Positions 1 to 10,401 are shown, numbered from the stretch's first letter. The stretch is 64,000 nt of DNA from Deinococcales bacterium (GCA_025359505.1 JANYHH010000028.1:32-64031); one strand, 5' to 3'. Made by a program: numbers and translations. Notes: a model not told the origin generated them from the letters alone.

Positions 1-17
1 ACGGTGAAGCTGACGGT

Positions 18-889
18 ATGTCAAGTACACGCCAGCTTCTCACCCAGCATACTCTCACCGACCTGTTCACCATCGTCTACGTCCTCACCGACGATTACTT
101 AAAGCAATCCAAATCCGCACAGCGTGTCACGCTTCCTATCTCGAGTCAGCAGAAAGGCAGTTACGCTTCTTGATCCCAAGCATGCACCTGACGGGCGGGA
201 TCGCGGAGTTGATGACCATCGCCCTCGTCGGTGAGCTGTTGCACCAATCCGAATCTGGCACTTGGTTTGCACTCGTTAAGAACGAGTTCAGCTCACTGTT
301 TCCGGTGCTGCCAGACATCACTCGGTTTTACCGAGTCCTAAAGAACCTCGAGCGGGTTTGGGCTGATTTTGCGTTGTGTCTTGCCAACAACGCTGATGAA
401 GATACAACGTACAGTACGGACTCTAAACCTTTACCGATCTGTAAGTTGAAACGCGCTCGTTTCCCAAGAGCCATGACCGAAGCCGCGAAGGGATTCAGTA
501 CAATGGGCGGTGTTCACGGCTTCAAATTGCATGCGGTAGTCAACAACGCGCAAGCCATTTGTCGCTTTGCCATCGTTCCAGCGAACGAAGCAGATGTCAC
601 AGTGGCACGGTGCTTAGTAAATGAGAACGAGGATGATCTGAGTCTGATCCTCGGGGATAAGGCGTACCTCGGCATGGGGATTTTCACGCCTTCTAAGCGC
701 AATGCGCGAACACCGCAACCATGGACGAAGTTGATGGACTCAGCGAGAAAGTTGATCGAAACGGTGTTCTCGAGTCTCACCAGAGCCAAGCATTTGGTGT
801 TGGGTCAATTGAATTCGTTCTGGTCGGTACGGGCAAGTGCGTGCAGGAAGATCGCGGCGCACAATCTTGGGTTGTGGCTGGGGCTATAA
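18..889 (+). pseudogene. IS982-family DDE transposase disrupted by a 38-bp insertion
   Basis: The ATG18 frame reads MSSTRQ...LFTIVYVLTDDYLK...QKGSYA and then stops. The 170..889 frame continues ELMTIALVGE...DSKPLPIC...GFKLH...LGDKAY...RKLIETVFS, which are IS982-type DDE motifs. Deleting 167-204 joins the two frames. Confidence 0.85.
167..204 (-). mobile_element. Mini-element copy A (38 bp)
   Basis: Minus strand reads GCGATCCCGCCCGTCAGGTGCATGCTTGGGATCAAGAA; similar to copies at 24776 and 43368; interrupts the transposase. Confidence 0.8.
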
Positions 890-948
890 CCCCCTAGCAC
901 TCGACGTAAACTGTGAAACTCGAGGTGCTACGAACTCGCACGAGGCGG

Positions 949-1983
949 TTACGGCTGGTGCTCGGGGGCATCCTCGCCGCTCTCGAGCACAGAGCGCAGG
1001 GCTGCTGGTGGAAGAAGCCGCGTCACGCGACGATTTTTATCGCGGTACATCACCGCATCGGCATCGCGCAGGCAGGCATCCAAATCCCGTCCATCCACAT
1101 CAGCCCAACCGGATGAAACGTTGGAGAATCCCTCCCGTACCGCTTCGCGCAAGTCCAGCATCTCACGGTTGGGGCCGTGCAGTCCGACGAACTCGTCGCC
1201 GCCGACGCGGTACAACGGGTCTGAAGTGGCGGCAGTGTAGACCTGCACGAATTGCAGCAGGTACTGATCACCCGCGTGATGCCCGTACTCGTCGTTGACG
1301 CGCTTCAAACCGTTGACATCCCACATGCTCAGGCAGCCAGAACCGCGCAAGTTCTGGAAATCCGCCTCGAGCGCGTAGCGGTTGCCCAGTCGGGTCAACG
1401 CATCGCGCATCGCCATAGATTTGAGTTCACTTTGTGCACGCTGCATGTTCATCAGCAGGTGATGGATGTACGCGCCGCACAGCATCGTCGTCAGCAGCAG
1501 CAGTAACCCAATCAGGGCATCTTCACTGAAGGTGTTTTCGCTCATGATAAGGATTGGCCAACTGCTGAGGGCGCAGACAATCGCGCCGCGCCAACCCCAG
1601 AGGAAACTGAGAAACAGCGCTGGTAAGCTCAAAATGGTCAGGCGGGCGAAAGCTGAGCTGAACAACCCACCGCTGTCCGTGACCAGCAGCGGAATGCAAA
1701 ACATAATGCCCAGCAGCGTCAAGCTGACGCCAAACATCGGACGTTGCCGGAAAATCAAAGCGCAGGCGGCCGTCCACAACAAAACGCTGCCAACGCGCCA
1801 CAACCCCGGATTTCCCCACGGGCTGACGAATGGCGATACCAAGTAGATCACCAAAAACGCAAACTCGGCGCTGAGCATCAGTCCCCACATTGAGCGCAGC
1901 AAGGTATCGCTGATCCGCTCCGTCATCAGTTCAGACGCAGCTTTGAGCGAATCCCTCGTATTGAACATACCGACACCGCGCAT
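949..1983 (-). CDS. Membrane-bound diguanylate cyclase (GGDEF)
   Basis: N-terminal hydrophobic helices; DALTRLGNR, DVNGLKRVNDEYGHHAGD and RVGGDEF motifs; GGAG upstream of ATG1983 (the ORF track starts at TTG2010). Confidence 0.9.
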   Translation of the reverse strand: MRGVGMFNTRDSLKAASELMTERISDTLLRSMWGLMLSAEFAFLVIYLVSPFVSPWGNPGLWRVGSVLLWTAACALIFRQRPMFGVSLTLLGIMFCIPLLVTDSGGLFSSAFARLTILSLPALFLSFLWGWRGAIVCALSSWPILIMSENTFSEDALIGLLLLLTTMLCGAYIHHLLMNMQRAQSELKSMAMRDALTRLGNRYALEADFQNLRGSGCLSMWDVNGLKRVNDEYGHHAGDQYLLQFVQVYTAATSDPLYRVGGDEFVGLHGPNREMLDLREAVREGFSNVSSGWADVDGRDLDACLRDADAVMYRDKNRRVTRLLPPAALRSVLESGEDAPEHQP

Positions 1984-2156
1984 GGAATCTCCCAGCGCTA
2001 TTGTAACCAATTCCCCTAATCGTCAGCAGGTCAAGTGACGCAAACGTTCGATTCGGCAGGCTAAAGTTTTGAGCCGATCAAAAGGTGCAAGACGAGAAAT
2101 CGTTTCAAATGACTTGGCAGAAAGCAAGTAGCAGCTCGAGGGACGTTATGTATGGT

Positions 2157-3128
2157 TCAGTAGTTGCGCTGCACGACCTGCATGCCGCCGGCCTCGAGCC
2201 AGTCGGTCAGTCCTGCCACGGCCGCTTTGACGCCGGGCGTGACGAGTGGGCTGCCGAACGACTCGAGACCCGCAATCGAGCGGCCTTCGCCTCGCCGTGA
2301 GACGCTGACCAGCGTTTCCTGCACGAAATCTGGCTCTTCGATGCGGGCCAGCACCACAAGCTTGTCTGGTCTGGTGTAACCCTCGAGCAGGATCACGGTG
2401 TACTCTGCGCCGCGCAGCACGGTTTTTTGGATGGGCTGAGTGGGAATATCTCCGGTGAGGATCGCGTGCGGCATGGGATCTCCTGAACTGCTGACTTTGA
2501 GCGGCTCGAAATCGGCTTGGCTCGAGGCGATTTTTTTGAAGCGGGCGTGGTTGATGCTGATGCCCATCGCTTGCCATTTCTGTGCGTACTTGGTTTGCAG
2601 TGCGGCGGCGGGCGGGGCAGTCTCGAGGATGTCAAAGAGCTTGGTGCTGCGAGCGTTCTCTAAAGCGAACTGGTAATACTCTGGGTGATCGGTGGTCAGC
2701 CACAGCTCGCCGCCAAGCTTCAAGCGCTGTGACAGCAGTTCAAATGTTTCAGTCCGCACGAAGCGGTTCTCCTCATGCTTGCCCTTGGGCCACGGGTCGG
2801 GGAAGTTGACGTACACGCGCTCCAAGCTGTCTGGCGGCAGGATATTGCGAATCAGGAATTCAGCGGCAACCCGAGTAACAATGCCACTTTGCACATGTGC
2901 AGCGCGGTACTTAGCCAAGGCCTTCTGCACGCTGACCCCGGAGATTTCCACGCCGAGGTAATTGACTGCTCCCTCCAACTGATGCTGCAACGCCCAGAAG
3001 TGACCGCCGCCGAAACCGACTTCCAAATGCAGCGGATTGGCGTTTTCAAACAAGCGCTGGCTCGAGTCGGGGTAGTGAAAATCGCTGTGTCTGAGGTAAC
3101 GCATGACTGGTGTTGGATGATGACCCAT
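2157..3128 (-). CDS. trmB: tRNA (guanine-N7)-methyltransferase with C-terminal extension
   Basis: LEVGFGGG, YLGVEIS, VNFPDPWPKGKHEENRF and LTTDHPEY motifs; the start could be ATG3104. Confidence 0.92.
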   Translation of the reverse strand: MGHHPTPVMRYLRHSDFHYPDSSQRLFENANPLHLEVGFGGGHFWALQHQLEGAVNYLGVEISGVSVQKALAKYRAAHVQSGIVTRVAAEFLIRNILPPDSLERVYVNFPDPWPKGKHEENRFVRTETFELLSQRLKLGGELWLTTDHPEYYQFALENARSTKLFDILETAPPAAALQTKYAQKWQAMGISINHARFKKIASSQADFEPLKVSSSGDPMPHAILTGDIPTQPIQKTVLRGAEYTVILLEGYTRPDKLVVLARIEEPDFVQETLVSVSRRGEGRSIAGLESFGSPLVTPGVKAAVAGLTDWLEAGGMQVVQRNY

Positions 3129-3187
3129 GCGGGGCCTTGAGTCAAGCGCTGGTGAGGTGTTACACTTCCCAGCGCTGTGAACGGTTG

Positions 3188-3262
3188 GGCCCCATCATCT
3201 AGCGGTTAGGATAACGCCCTTTCAAGGCGTGTACACGAGTTCAAGTCTCGTTGGGGTCACCA
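3188..3262 (+). tRNA. tRNA-Glu(TTC)
   Basis: Acceptor stem GGCCCCA/TGGGGTC, anticodon arm ACGCC-CTTTCAA-GGCGT, T-loop TTCAAGT, encoded CCA end. Confidence 0.97.
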
Positions 3263-3293
3263 AAAAACCCGCTCTTCACTGAAGCGGGTTTTT
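3263..3293 (+). terminator. Intrinsic terminator after the tRNA (possibly bidirectional)
   Basis: AAAAACCCGCT...AGCGGGTTTTT hairpin with A and T tracts. Confidence 0.8.
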
Positions 3294-3437
3294 CTTTAGC
3301 TCGAGCAGCGTTCAATCAATAATCCGCAATGTTTGCGAGTGCTGTGCTTACCGAGCACATCTGCTCGAGAATCAAGCAATCTCTCGAGGAACCGCGCTCT
3401 TACCTTTGCCTTTTGCCGACTTCTACGAGAAGTTTCG

Positions 3438-3764
3438 TCAGCGCATCATGTCCTCGAGAATCGTTGGGTGCTTGGCGACGTTCATCATCATGTCCAGACT
3501 CGAGATCGCCGCTGGCGGACACACGGCCACGAAGCGGTAGCGGCGCTGACCGCCGCTGCTGATGACCGAGCTGAGCAGCTTGACCTCCAAGGCGACGCTG
3601 CTTTCTATTGTTAAGTTCGGCAGTCCACGCGGGATTTGCACGTTGTCCGCGAGTTCAAAATGACCCGTGACCTCGCCGTTCTGCGCGTTCAGTTGGCGCA
3701 GCACGCAGGCGACCGTCTGAAAAACCACGCTATCGGAGCGCACGACCGCATCTTCGAGCTTCAC
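3438..3764 (-). CDS. Hypothetical protein (108 aa)
   Basis: ORF fills an intergenic gap; CATACT -10-like box 7 nt before the GTG start; no family recognised. Confidence 0.55.
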   Translation of the reverse strand: MKLEDAVVRSDSVVFQTVACVLRQLNAQNGEVTGHFELADNVQIPRGLPNLTIESSVALEVKLLSSVISSGGQRRYRFVAVCPPAAISSLDMMMNVAKHPTILEDMMR

Positions 3765-3865
3765 GAGTCCCAGTATGACACGGGCTGGAGGTGAGAGCAG
3801 TGGAAATCACGCTCCAAGCTGGGGCATACGATGCTTAAAGGTTGTGCCAGTTGGCGGACTGTCGA

Positions 3866-3894
3866 GGTGGGCGAACACACCGTTCGCACCCACC
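3866..3894. repeat. Imperfect REP-like hairpin downstream of smc
   Basis: GGTGGGCGAAC...GTTCGCACCCACC. Confidence 0.4.
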
Positions 3895-3965
3895 GAAAAT
3901 CTTGTCCTGCTCAGGGATCGCTCGAGTTGTGAAGCGACTCCAACACGGCTCGAGCGGGGAAATTT

Positions 3966-6900
3966 TCAGGCTTTTGCTAGCTCGGACGGCTCGTTTTTGA
4001 TGCTGAACGTGCGGCTCGTGCCGCTGGCATCGGTCGTTACGCCCCACAGCGCGTCGGCGATTTCCATCGTGGCTTTTTGATGCGTGACCAGAATGAACTG
4101 CGTGCCTTGATTGGCCAGCAAGCGCAAGAAATGCGTGAAGCGCCGGATGTTGGCTTCGTCCAGTGGCGCGTCCACCTCGTCCAGCACCGCCAAAGGTAAA
4201 CCCGCATCGTCGGCTGGGGCGCTTGCCAAGGCGAACAGGTACGCCAGCGCCGCCATCGTGCGCTCGCCCGCGCTGAGCAGGTGCAGGTTGCGGGTGCGCT
4301 TGCCCTTCGGCGTGACGCGCATTGCCAGCCCCTCGAGCGCCCCATCAGGGTCGCGCACCAGTTCAAGCTCGCCGTCGCCGCCGAGCAGTGAGGCAATGTA
4401 GGTTCTGAAGCTCGCGCCGACTCGAGCGATGCTCTCACCGAGCTTGGCGGTGACTTCGCGCTCCAACGTCTCCAGCGCCTCGCTCAGCTCAGTGACCGCT
4501 GCCCGAGCGTCGCTGACACCGTTTTCCAAATCCGTCAACGCTTGGGTTTCCAGCTCGTATTCTTCGGCCGCCAGCATGTTGACCGCGCCGATTTCGTCGC
4601 GGCGGGCTTTGATCTGCGTGACGCGCTGCGACCAGCCTCTGGGCGTGCCTTCTGGATCAGTGATCTCGAGCAAACTAGACAATGCCTGATCCCGTGCGTC
4701 TGGCTCGAGGTTCGGTAATAATTCAGTCAGCAGCGTTTCAAAATTCCCCTCGCGGCGGCTTTTGGCGTCCCGCGCCCGCTCCAAGGCTTCGCGCCCAGCG
4801 CTCAGCTCACGGCCTTGCGCGGCGACCACGCCCTCGAGACTGCGGCGCTCGGTTTCTAAACGCTCGAGTTCAGCGCGGGCCCCGCCGAGGTCGAGCGTCC
4901 GAGCGGCCGTTTCTAAGCGCTCGATCTCTGGGTTGGCGTGCAGCAGCTTCGCGCTCCACTCGGCTTCCAGACCAGCAATCGCCTCGAGCCGCGCATCAAT
5001 CGCGCCCCGGCGAACCGCGACTTGCTCGAGCCGCGCCACGGCTTGCGCGTAAGTGCGTTGCTGCTCCGCGTAGACCCGCGTTCGCGCCGTCGCGTCGCGC
5101 ACGGCTTCATCGCTCGAGCGTTCGGCATCTCGAGCGATAGTCACGGTCTGGCTGGTGCTGGCGAGCGCCCGTTCCAGCGGCTCGAGGTCGATCTGCTCTA
5201 CTCCGCCCAATGCGAGGCTGACGGCTTGCTGTGCGGCGAGGCGGGCGCTGAGGCTGGTCTGGCGCTGCTCCAAGCCTTCGATCCGCGTGTCGATCTGCAA
5301 CAGCGTCGCTCGGGTCGCTTCCAAGGTTTTACGCAGACCCACGACGCGCCCGTCGGTGCGCGTGACCGCTTCGCGTGAACTGGCGCTCTGCTCTTTTTCA
5401 TCGTTCAGCAGCTCCTCCGACTGAGCGAGGCTGGTTTCTAAGTCACTCAGTTCGCTTCTGGCTTCCTCGAGCCGCCGCGCATCGGCGAAGCTTTCCCCGG
5501 CATTGTCGCGCCCGCGCCCGCCGGTGACTGCGCCGCCGCTCTCCAAGAGTTCGCCGTCCAGTGTCACCAAACGCGGTCGGTCGCGGTACTGGCGGGTCAA
5601 AGCGAGCGCAGTCTCCAAATCGGCGACCAGCAAGGTCTCGCCGAATAAATTCTCCAGCACTGGCCCCAGTGCAGCGCCTTCGATGCCGATCAGACCAGCC
5701 GCGTACCCAAGCACGCCGCGCTCGGTAGCGATCGGCAGATTGCGCCGAGGGCGCACGCGCAGAATATCCAGCGGCAGAAACGTCGCCCGCCCGCCACCGC
5801 GTTTCAGTGATTCGATCACGCTGCGGGCGACCGCACCGCTTTGCACGACGATGTTTTCGGTGCGCCGCCCAAGGGCTGCGCCGATCGCAGTTTCAAATTG
5901 CTTGGGGACGCGCAGCAACTCCGAAACCGGCCCGATGATCCCAGCCACGCCGCTGTTCATCGCACGGCGCGGGCCGTCGGACAGGTAGGCTCTGGATTCG
6001 CGCAGCGTTTCCAAGCGCATCAATTCCTTAGCCAGCGGCGCTCGAGCACCGCGCAGCTCGTTGACCCGTCCGCCAACTTGTGCAATCCGCGCACTGATGC
6101 CAAGCGCTTCGCGCTCCAAGCGCTCGAGCAGCTTCGTGGCCGCCTCGAGTTCGCTCTTTGCTTCCTCGAGTTGCGGGCTAGACTCCGAGCGTTCTGCCCG
6201 AGCAACTTGCAGCTCACTGGCAATCTCCTCGAGCTGGTGCTGAGAAGCCTCGCGCTCGGTCGATTGGCGCGTCTGCGCCTCGAGCTGAGCGCGGTTGCTT
6301 TGCTCCAAGCGGTCGCGCTTGGCGCGAGCGTCAGCCAAATCCTTGCGGGCTTGCAGATCGGCTTGCTCGGCTGACCTGAGCGCTGTTTTCGCCCCCAGCA
6401 ACGCGGCCTCGAGCGCGGGCAGGTCATCGGCTGGCGCAATCGGTGGCTGCGGTGGCTCGAGGGTGGTCAGCGCCAAATTTTCAGTTTCCAAGCTCGTGCG
6501 CTCGTGGCGCAACGCGACGACGCTTTGATCGCCAGCACTCAAACGCTCGCGCAGCACGTTGGCCTCGCCGAGCAGACGCTCCGACTCGGCGCTCAGCCCA
6601 GCGAACGCCGCTTGCTGCCCTTCCCTGTTGACCCGCAACACTTCAAGCGCGGCGGTGGCCGCACTGATCGCGTCCGATGCAGCAGCAGCAGCGACCTCAG
6701 CCTCAGCGATCTCCAGCTCGAGCTTCGCCATCTCCGCTTGCAGCACGCGCACGCGCTGGCGCGAAAGGGCGGTCTCTAATTGTTGCTGCTCGAGCGTCAG
6801 ATTCGTCGATTCGCTGGCTGCCAGCGCCTCGGCTTCCAATTTGACGACGCGCAGGCGTTTGAGCACCGCCAAGTCCTCCGCCCGCTCCAAGTGAACCCGC

Positions 6901-7454
6901 GCCCCCTCGAGCCGTTCCACCGATTGAGCGCGGCGGTGCGTGGCCCGTGACAGTCCAGCCGCCTCTTCCAGATACCCGAGCATCGTCGTCGGATTGGCGC
7001 TGACCACCGCGCCGATCTCGCCCTGCCCGACCACGGCGATGCCGCCGGGCCCCAAGCCGCTGCCGCGCAGGACATCGTGCAGATCGCGCACGCGCACGGT
7101 TTTGCCGCCGATTTCCAGATCCGTGTCGCCATCTCTGTACAGCCGTCTGGCGATGCTGACCGCACCATGTGGCCCGGCCACGCCCGGCACGCCGACCAGC
7201 TCGAGTTGCACCTCGGCCATGTTCAGTGGCGCTTTGCCCGACGAGCCGTGAAAAATCAGCTCCGTGCTTTCACGCACGCGCAACTCGCGGGTGCGTGCCG
7301 TGTGCGACGCCCAGCGAATCGCCTCGATCACATTGCTTTTGCCAGAGCCATTGGGCCCGATCACCGCGTTGACTTGCCCGCTGAACTCCAAGCGCACGCG
7401 CTCACCGAAGGATTTGAAACCCTGAATGGTGACGCTTTGAATCCGAACGCTCAC
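3966..7454 (-). CDS. smc: Chromosome segregation protein SMC
   Basis: IQGFKSF, Walker A GPNGSGKSN, long coiled coils, hinge GRATFLPLD, signature LSAGE, LDEVDAPLD, ILVTH; probable start GTG7454. Confidence 0.95.
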   Translation of the reverse strand: MSVRIQSVTIQGFKSFGERVRLEFSGQVNAVIGPNGSGKSNVIEAIRWASHTARTRELRVRESTELIFHGSSGKAPLNMAEVQLELVGVPGVAGPHGAVSIARRLYRDGDTDLEIGGKTVRVRDLHDVLRGSGLGPGGIAVVGQGEIGAVVSANPTTMLGYLEEAAGLSRATHRRAQSVERLEGARVHLERAEDLAVLKRLRVVKLEAEALAASESTNLTLEQQQLETALSRQRVRVLQAEMAKLELEIAEAEVAAAAASDAISAATAALEVLRVNREGQQAAFAGLSAESERLLGEANVLRERLSAGDQSVVALRHERTSLETENLALTTLEPPQPPIAPADDLPALEAALLGAKTALRSAEQADLQARKDLADARAKRDRLEQSNRAQLEAQTRQSTEREASQHQLEEIASELQVARAERSESSPQLEEAKSELEAATKLLERLEREALGISARIAQVGGRVNELRGARAPLAKELMRLETLRESRAYLSDGPRRAMNSGVAGIIGPVSELLRVPKQFETAIGAALGRRTENIVVQSGAVARSVIESLKRGGGRATFLPLDILRVRPRRNLPIATERGVLGYAAGLIGIEGAALGPVLENLFGETLLVADLETALALTRQYRDRPRLVTLDGELLESGGAVTGGRGRDNAGESFADARRLEEARSELSDLETSLAQSEELLNDEKEQSASSREAVTRTDGRVVGLRKTLEATRATLLQIDTRIEGLEQRQTSLSARLAAQQAVSLALGGVEQIDLEPLERALASTSQTVTIARDAERSSDEAVRDATARTRVYAEQQRTYAQAVARLEQVAVRRGAIDARLEAIAGLEAEWSAKLLHANPEIERLETAARTLDLGGARAELERLETERRSLEGVVAAQGRELSAGREALERARDAKSRREGNFETLLTELLPNLEPDARDQALSSLLEITDPEGTPRGWSQRVTQIKARRDEIGAVNMLAAEEYELETQALTDLENGVSDARAAVTELSEALETLEREVTAKLGESIARVGASFRTYIASLLGGDGELELVRDPDGALEGLAMRVTPKGKRTRNLHLLSAGERTMAALAYLFALASAPADDAGLPLAVLDEVDAPLDEANIRRFTHFLRLLANQGTQFILVTHQKATMEIADALWGVTTDASGTSRTFSIKNEPSELAKA

Positions 7455-7494
7455 CGCCCCACCCGACGCATGGGGGCGAGTGTAACAAATTCGG

Positions 7495-7944
7495 TCACTC
7501 GGGCATCTCGAGGGTCGATTGCCGAGCATCTAGCATCTCGAGGTTTCGTTTCTCGAGCGTCTGCGTCTGAAGCTTCGGCTGCTCGAGTCCCTGCCGCTCA
7601 CGGTAGATCTGCATCGCGGCTTCCGACTCCTCGAGCGGGAACCTCAGCTCATTCGCCGCCATCTTCTCCAGCACCACCTTCTCGAGGTCAACGCCGTACT
7701 GCGAAGCGAGTTTGAGCAATAGCAACGTCACGTCCGCCAGCTCACCACCCAAGCGCTCTCGAGCGGCCGGATCAGGTGATTTATAGCCCTCGAGATGCAG
7801 CGCCTCGCGCATGACTTCGCCCAGTTCCTCCATCAAGTGCAGCGCGGTGTGGGCGGGCGATACCGCATCCCAACCGCGAGCCGCATCGAAATCCTCGAGC
7901 CGCCGTTGCAAGACCGCTAAGCTCGAGGCTACTGCTTCGGGCAC
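7495..7944 (-). CDS. MazG-like nucleotide pyrophosphohydrolase
   Basis: LMEELGEV...GELADV motif. Confidence 0.85.
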   Translation of the reverse strand: MPEAVASSLAVLQRRLEDFDAARGWDAVSPAHTALHLMEELGEVMREALHLEGYKSPDPAARERLGGELADVTLLLLKLASQYGVDLEKVVLEKMAANELRFPLEESEAAMQIYRERQGLEQPKLQTQTLEKRNLEMLDARQSTLEMPE

Positions 7945-8498
7945 GTGTCCTTCGTGTAAGGAACATCGGTTTCGACGCTGCCACCGATGGTCAGTGCGGG
8001 CTTACCGTTCAGCAGGTACTGGACGTTCTTGGCGTCCGCCAACTCGAGCAAGGTGCTGGCCAAGCCGCAGTAAAGCAGCGTCTCAGCCGATAAGCCCATC
8101 TGGTACTGCGCCCACTCGCTCGGGATATCGACGTACAGCGTGTCCTTACGGGCGTAGAGGGTCGGCGTGCTGGCCTCGGGCGGCACGAGTCGCAGGCTCT
8201 GCGCGGCCAGTGGCCCCGCCATCCAGACGCGCACGGCCGCCAAGGCACGCTGCTCCAACGTCTCACCGTTGGCGCTGGCGCTGCGGGTCTCGACGCTGTA
8301 ATTGCGTCCGTCGAGCGCCGCGAAGAACAATTTGACTTGCAGATCGGTCTTGCCGCCCGTGTCGCCTTGCAGCAGCGCCGGGTCGATTTGCAGCGCGGTC
8401 GGACGGGTTTGCAGGTAACGCACGCCCAAGACGCTCAGCACCAGCAGTAGCGCGATCACGTTCCACGGCGTGAGGAAGTAGCCTAGAAAACGCCTCAT
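7929..8498 (-). CDS. GerMN-domain membrane-anchored protein
   Basis: N-terminal transmembrane helix, VKLFF, LYVDIP, LASTLLE...VQYLLNG; follows the amidase gene. Confidence 0.75.
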   Translation of the reverse strand: MRRFLGYFLTPWNVIALLLVLSVLGVRYLQTRPTALQIDPALLQGDTGGKTDLQVKLFFAALDGRNYSVETRSASANGETLEQRALAAVRVWMAGPLAAQSLRLVPPEASTPTLYARKDTLYVDIPSEWAQYQMGLSAETLLYCGLASTLLELADAKNVQYLLNGKPALTIGGSVETDVPYTKDTCPKQ

Positions 8499-9931
8499 CG
8501 GTTCGCGCCCTGAATCTGCGGTTTGAGGTATTCGTATAAGCCGTCCGCCAACGCTTGGGCCAAGCGACGCAGCGCGACTGGATCAGACAAGCGCGTGACA
8601 TCCTCGGCGTTTGAGAACCAGCCTAGATCGATCTGCAATGCCCCTTTAGGCGCGGCGCTCAGCATCAGCGCGTGATCGTGCGACAAGACCTGCGCCTCAC
8701 TGTCCGAGAGCGCCAGAATCCGAGCGCTGACGACATCGGCCAGCGCCTGCGACGCGGCTGAGCCGCTGATGAAACGCTCCAAGAGTGACTTATCGCTCTG
8801 CGAAGCGGTTTTCAGCAGCTCGCGCCCACCAGCGTAGATTCCGCTGACGGGCGCGTCCGGCGAGCGGTAGTAAATCTGCACGCCCTTGGCATTAGAGCCG
8901 GTCAGGGCTGAGGCATGCAAGGAAACGAAGACATCGGCTTGCAGGCTCGCCTCGAGCCGCTTGGCCAGACTGGGGTTGCTGTCGTCGTCGCGGGTGTAAG
9001 CGACTTTGACGCGCCCTTGCAGCGCCGCGCCGATCAACCGCGCCACGCGCAGCGTCAGGTCTTTTTCTTTCAGTGCCCCAGCCGTCACGCCCGCATCCGC
9101 GCCGCCGTGACCCGCGTCCAGCACGACGGTGATGACCCGCGCCTCGAGCGCGACGGGTTGGCGCTCAAAACGCGGGCCGACATCGATGACGATTCGCGCT
9201 GGCACGGCTTCCGTTCCCGCACGAGCGCTCTCAGCCGGCAATGCGAAGATGTTATAGCCACTGGTATCGCTCAACGGCACGCGCACCTCGAGCTTATTGC
9301 CGCTGGGTCTGACCGCCGCCGTTTTGACGAATTGCCCGTCGACTTGGTAATCGGTGATCTCGCCGCTGGTGTAGCGCAAATACACCACCAGATCGTTGCG
9401 CTCGATCCGCGAGGAGAAGCCCGTATCGCGGTTGACCTCGAGCACGAGGCGTTCAGAGCGCGTGGTTTTATCGGATTTCACCGCCAGCAGCTTGGCTTGA
9501 ACGGGTTCGACGATGTAGCTGCCGCTATTTTCCGAGAAGCTCGCGCCGATCGCTTCGGTCACGGTACGCACGGGCAGCAGCAACTGCCCGTTGCCGCGCC
9601 CGGCGGCCAAGCCAGCGCCGCGCACGCCGTTGATCTGCAACGCCTTGGTGTAGCGCGTCGCGGCTTCGTAAGCTCCACCCGCCAACTCAAGTTGCAAGAT
9701 TCGTCCGCCTTGGATCAGTGTGACCGCGTTGTCGCTGGTCTGGATGTCCAGCCCGAGCGCCCCAGCGAATTCAAAGGCGGGCGCATACGCCGCGCCGTTA
9801 TAGAGCGAGGCATTCAGTTTCACCCCGCCAACCTCGAGCGGCTTTTGCTGCACGGATTGGGCCAGCACGGTGATGCCCGCGATCACCGTCAGCGCGACCA
9901 GCCAACTCGAGGCTCGAGCAGGTGCGCTCAT
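8495..9931 (-). CDS. N-acetylmuramoyl-L-alanine amidase (Amidase_3)
   Basis: Signal peptide; VVLDAGHGG, EKDLTL, YTRDDD and FVSLHA motifs. Confidence 0.88.
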   Translation of the reverse strand: MSAPARASSWLVALTVIAGITVLAQSVQQKPLEVGGVKLNASLYNGAAYAPAFEFAGALGLDIQTSDNAVTLIQGGRILQLELAGGAYEAATRYTKALQINGVRGAGLAAGRGNGQLLLPVRTVTEAIGASFSENSGSYIVEPVQAKLLAVKSDKTTRSERLVLEVNRDTGFSSRIERNDLVVYLRYTSGEITDYQVDGQFVKTAAVRPSGNKLEVRVPLSDTSGYNIFALPAESARAGTEAVPARIVIDVGPRFERQPVALEARVITVVLDAGHGGADAGVTAGALKEKDLTLRVARLIGAALQGRVKVAYTRDDDSNPSLAKRLEASLQADVFVSLHASALTGSNAKGVQIYYRSPDAPVSGIYAGGRELLKTASQSDKSLLERFISGSAASQALADVVSARILALSDSEAQVLSHDHALMLSAAPKGALQIDLGWFSNAEDVTRLSDPVALRRLAQALADGLYEYLKPQIQGANR

Positions 9932-10401
9932 CGGTACGCTTCCATCTCGCGCTTGGCGTCCTTGGCTTTTTGCGCCTCGCGTTTGTCGTGCAGCTTTTTG
10001 CCTCTGGCAATCGCGATCTCTATTTTCAAACGGCCTTTGAGGTAATACATTTTCACTGGCACAATCGTCAGCCCGCGCTGCGTGGCGGCGATGTACAACT
10101 CAGACAACTCTTTTTTGTGCAGCAGCAGCTTGCGTTTGCGGCGCGGGTCGTGGTTGTTGTAACTGGCTTTGTCGTATGGCGCGATGTAAAGGTTTTCTAA
10201 ATACAACTCGCTTGACTCAAAGCGGGCGAAGGCATCGCGGAAATCCACGCCCGCCACGCGAATCGACTTAATTTCCGAGCCGCGCAATTCCATACCTGCC
10301 TCGAAACGCTCGAGCAGTTCAAACTCAAATCTGGCGCGGCGGTTATCGAACACGTCGCGGATTTTACCCGTTCGGTGTGAGCTTGGTGAAGGGTGCGCCA
10401 T
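9928..10401 (-). CDS. smpB: SsrA-binding protein
   Basis: NRRARFEF, EAGMELRGSEIKSIR, NHDPRRKRKLLLHK, ARGKKLHDKRE. Confidence 0.97.
   Translation of the reverse strand: MAHPSPSSHRTGKIRDVFDNRRARFEFELLERFEAGMELRGSEIKSIRVAGVDFRDAFARFESSELYLENLYIAPYDKASYNNHDPRRKRKLLLHKKELSELYIAATQRGLTIVPVKMYYLKGRLKIEIAIARGKKLHDKREAQKAKDAKREMEAYR

Larger units (their letters stand above)
1..907 (+). mobile_element. IS982-family insertion sequence (left end probably outside the window; right end approximate)
   Basis: Carries the transposase above. Terminal inverted repeats cannot be confirmed because the left end is not visible. Confidence 0.6.

Noticed and set aside
3188-3262. tRNA-Glu as an island integration site
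   Set aside because: I saw no duplicated tRNA 3' end and no integrase in the window.
3900-3921. TCTTGTCCTGCTCAGGGATCGC as a truncated fourth mini-element copy
   Set aside because: The ends resemble the element but the core is missing; too short to distinguish from chance.
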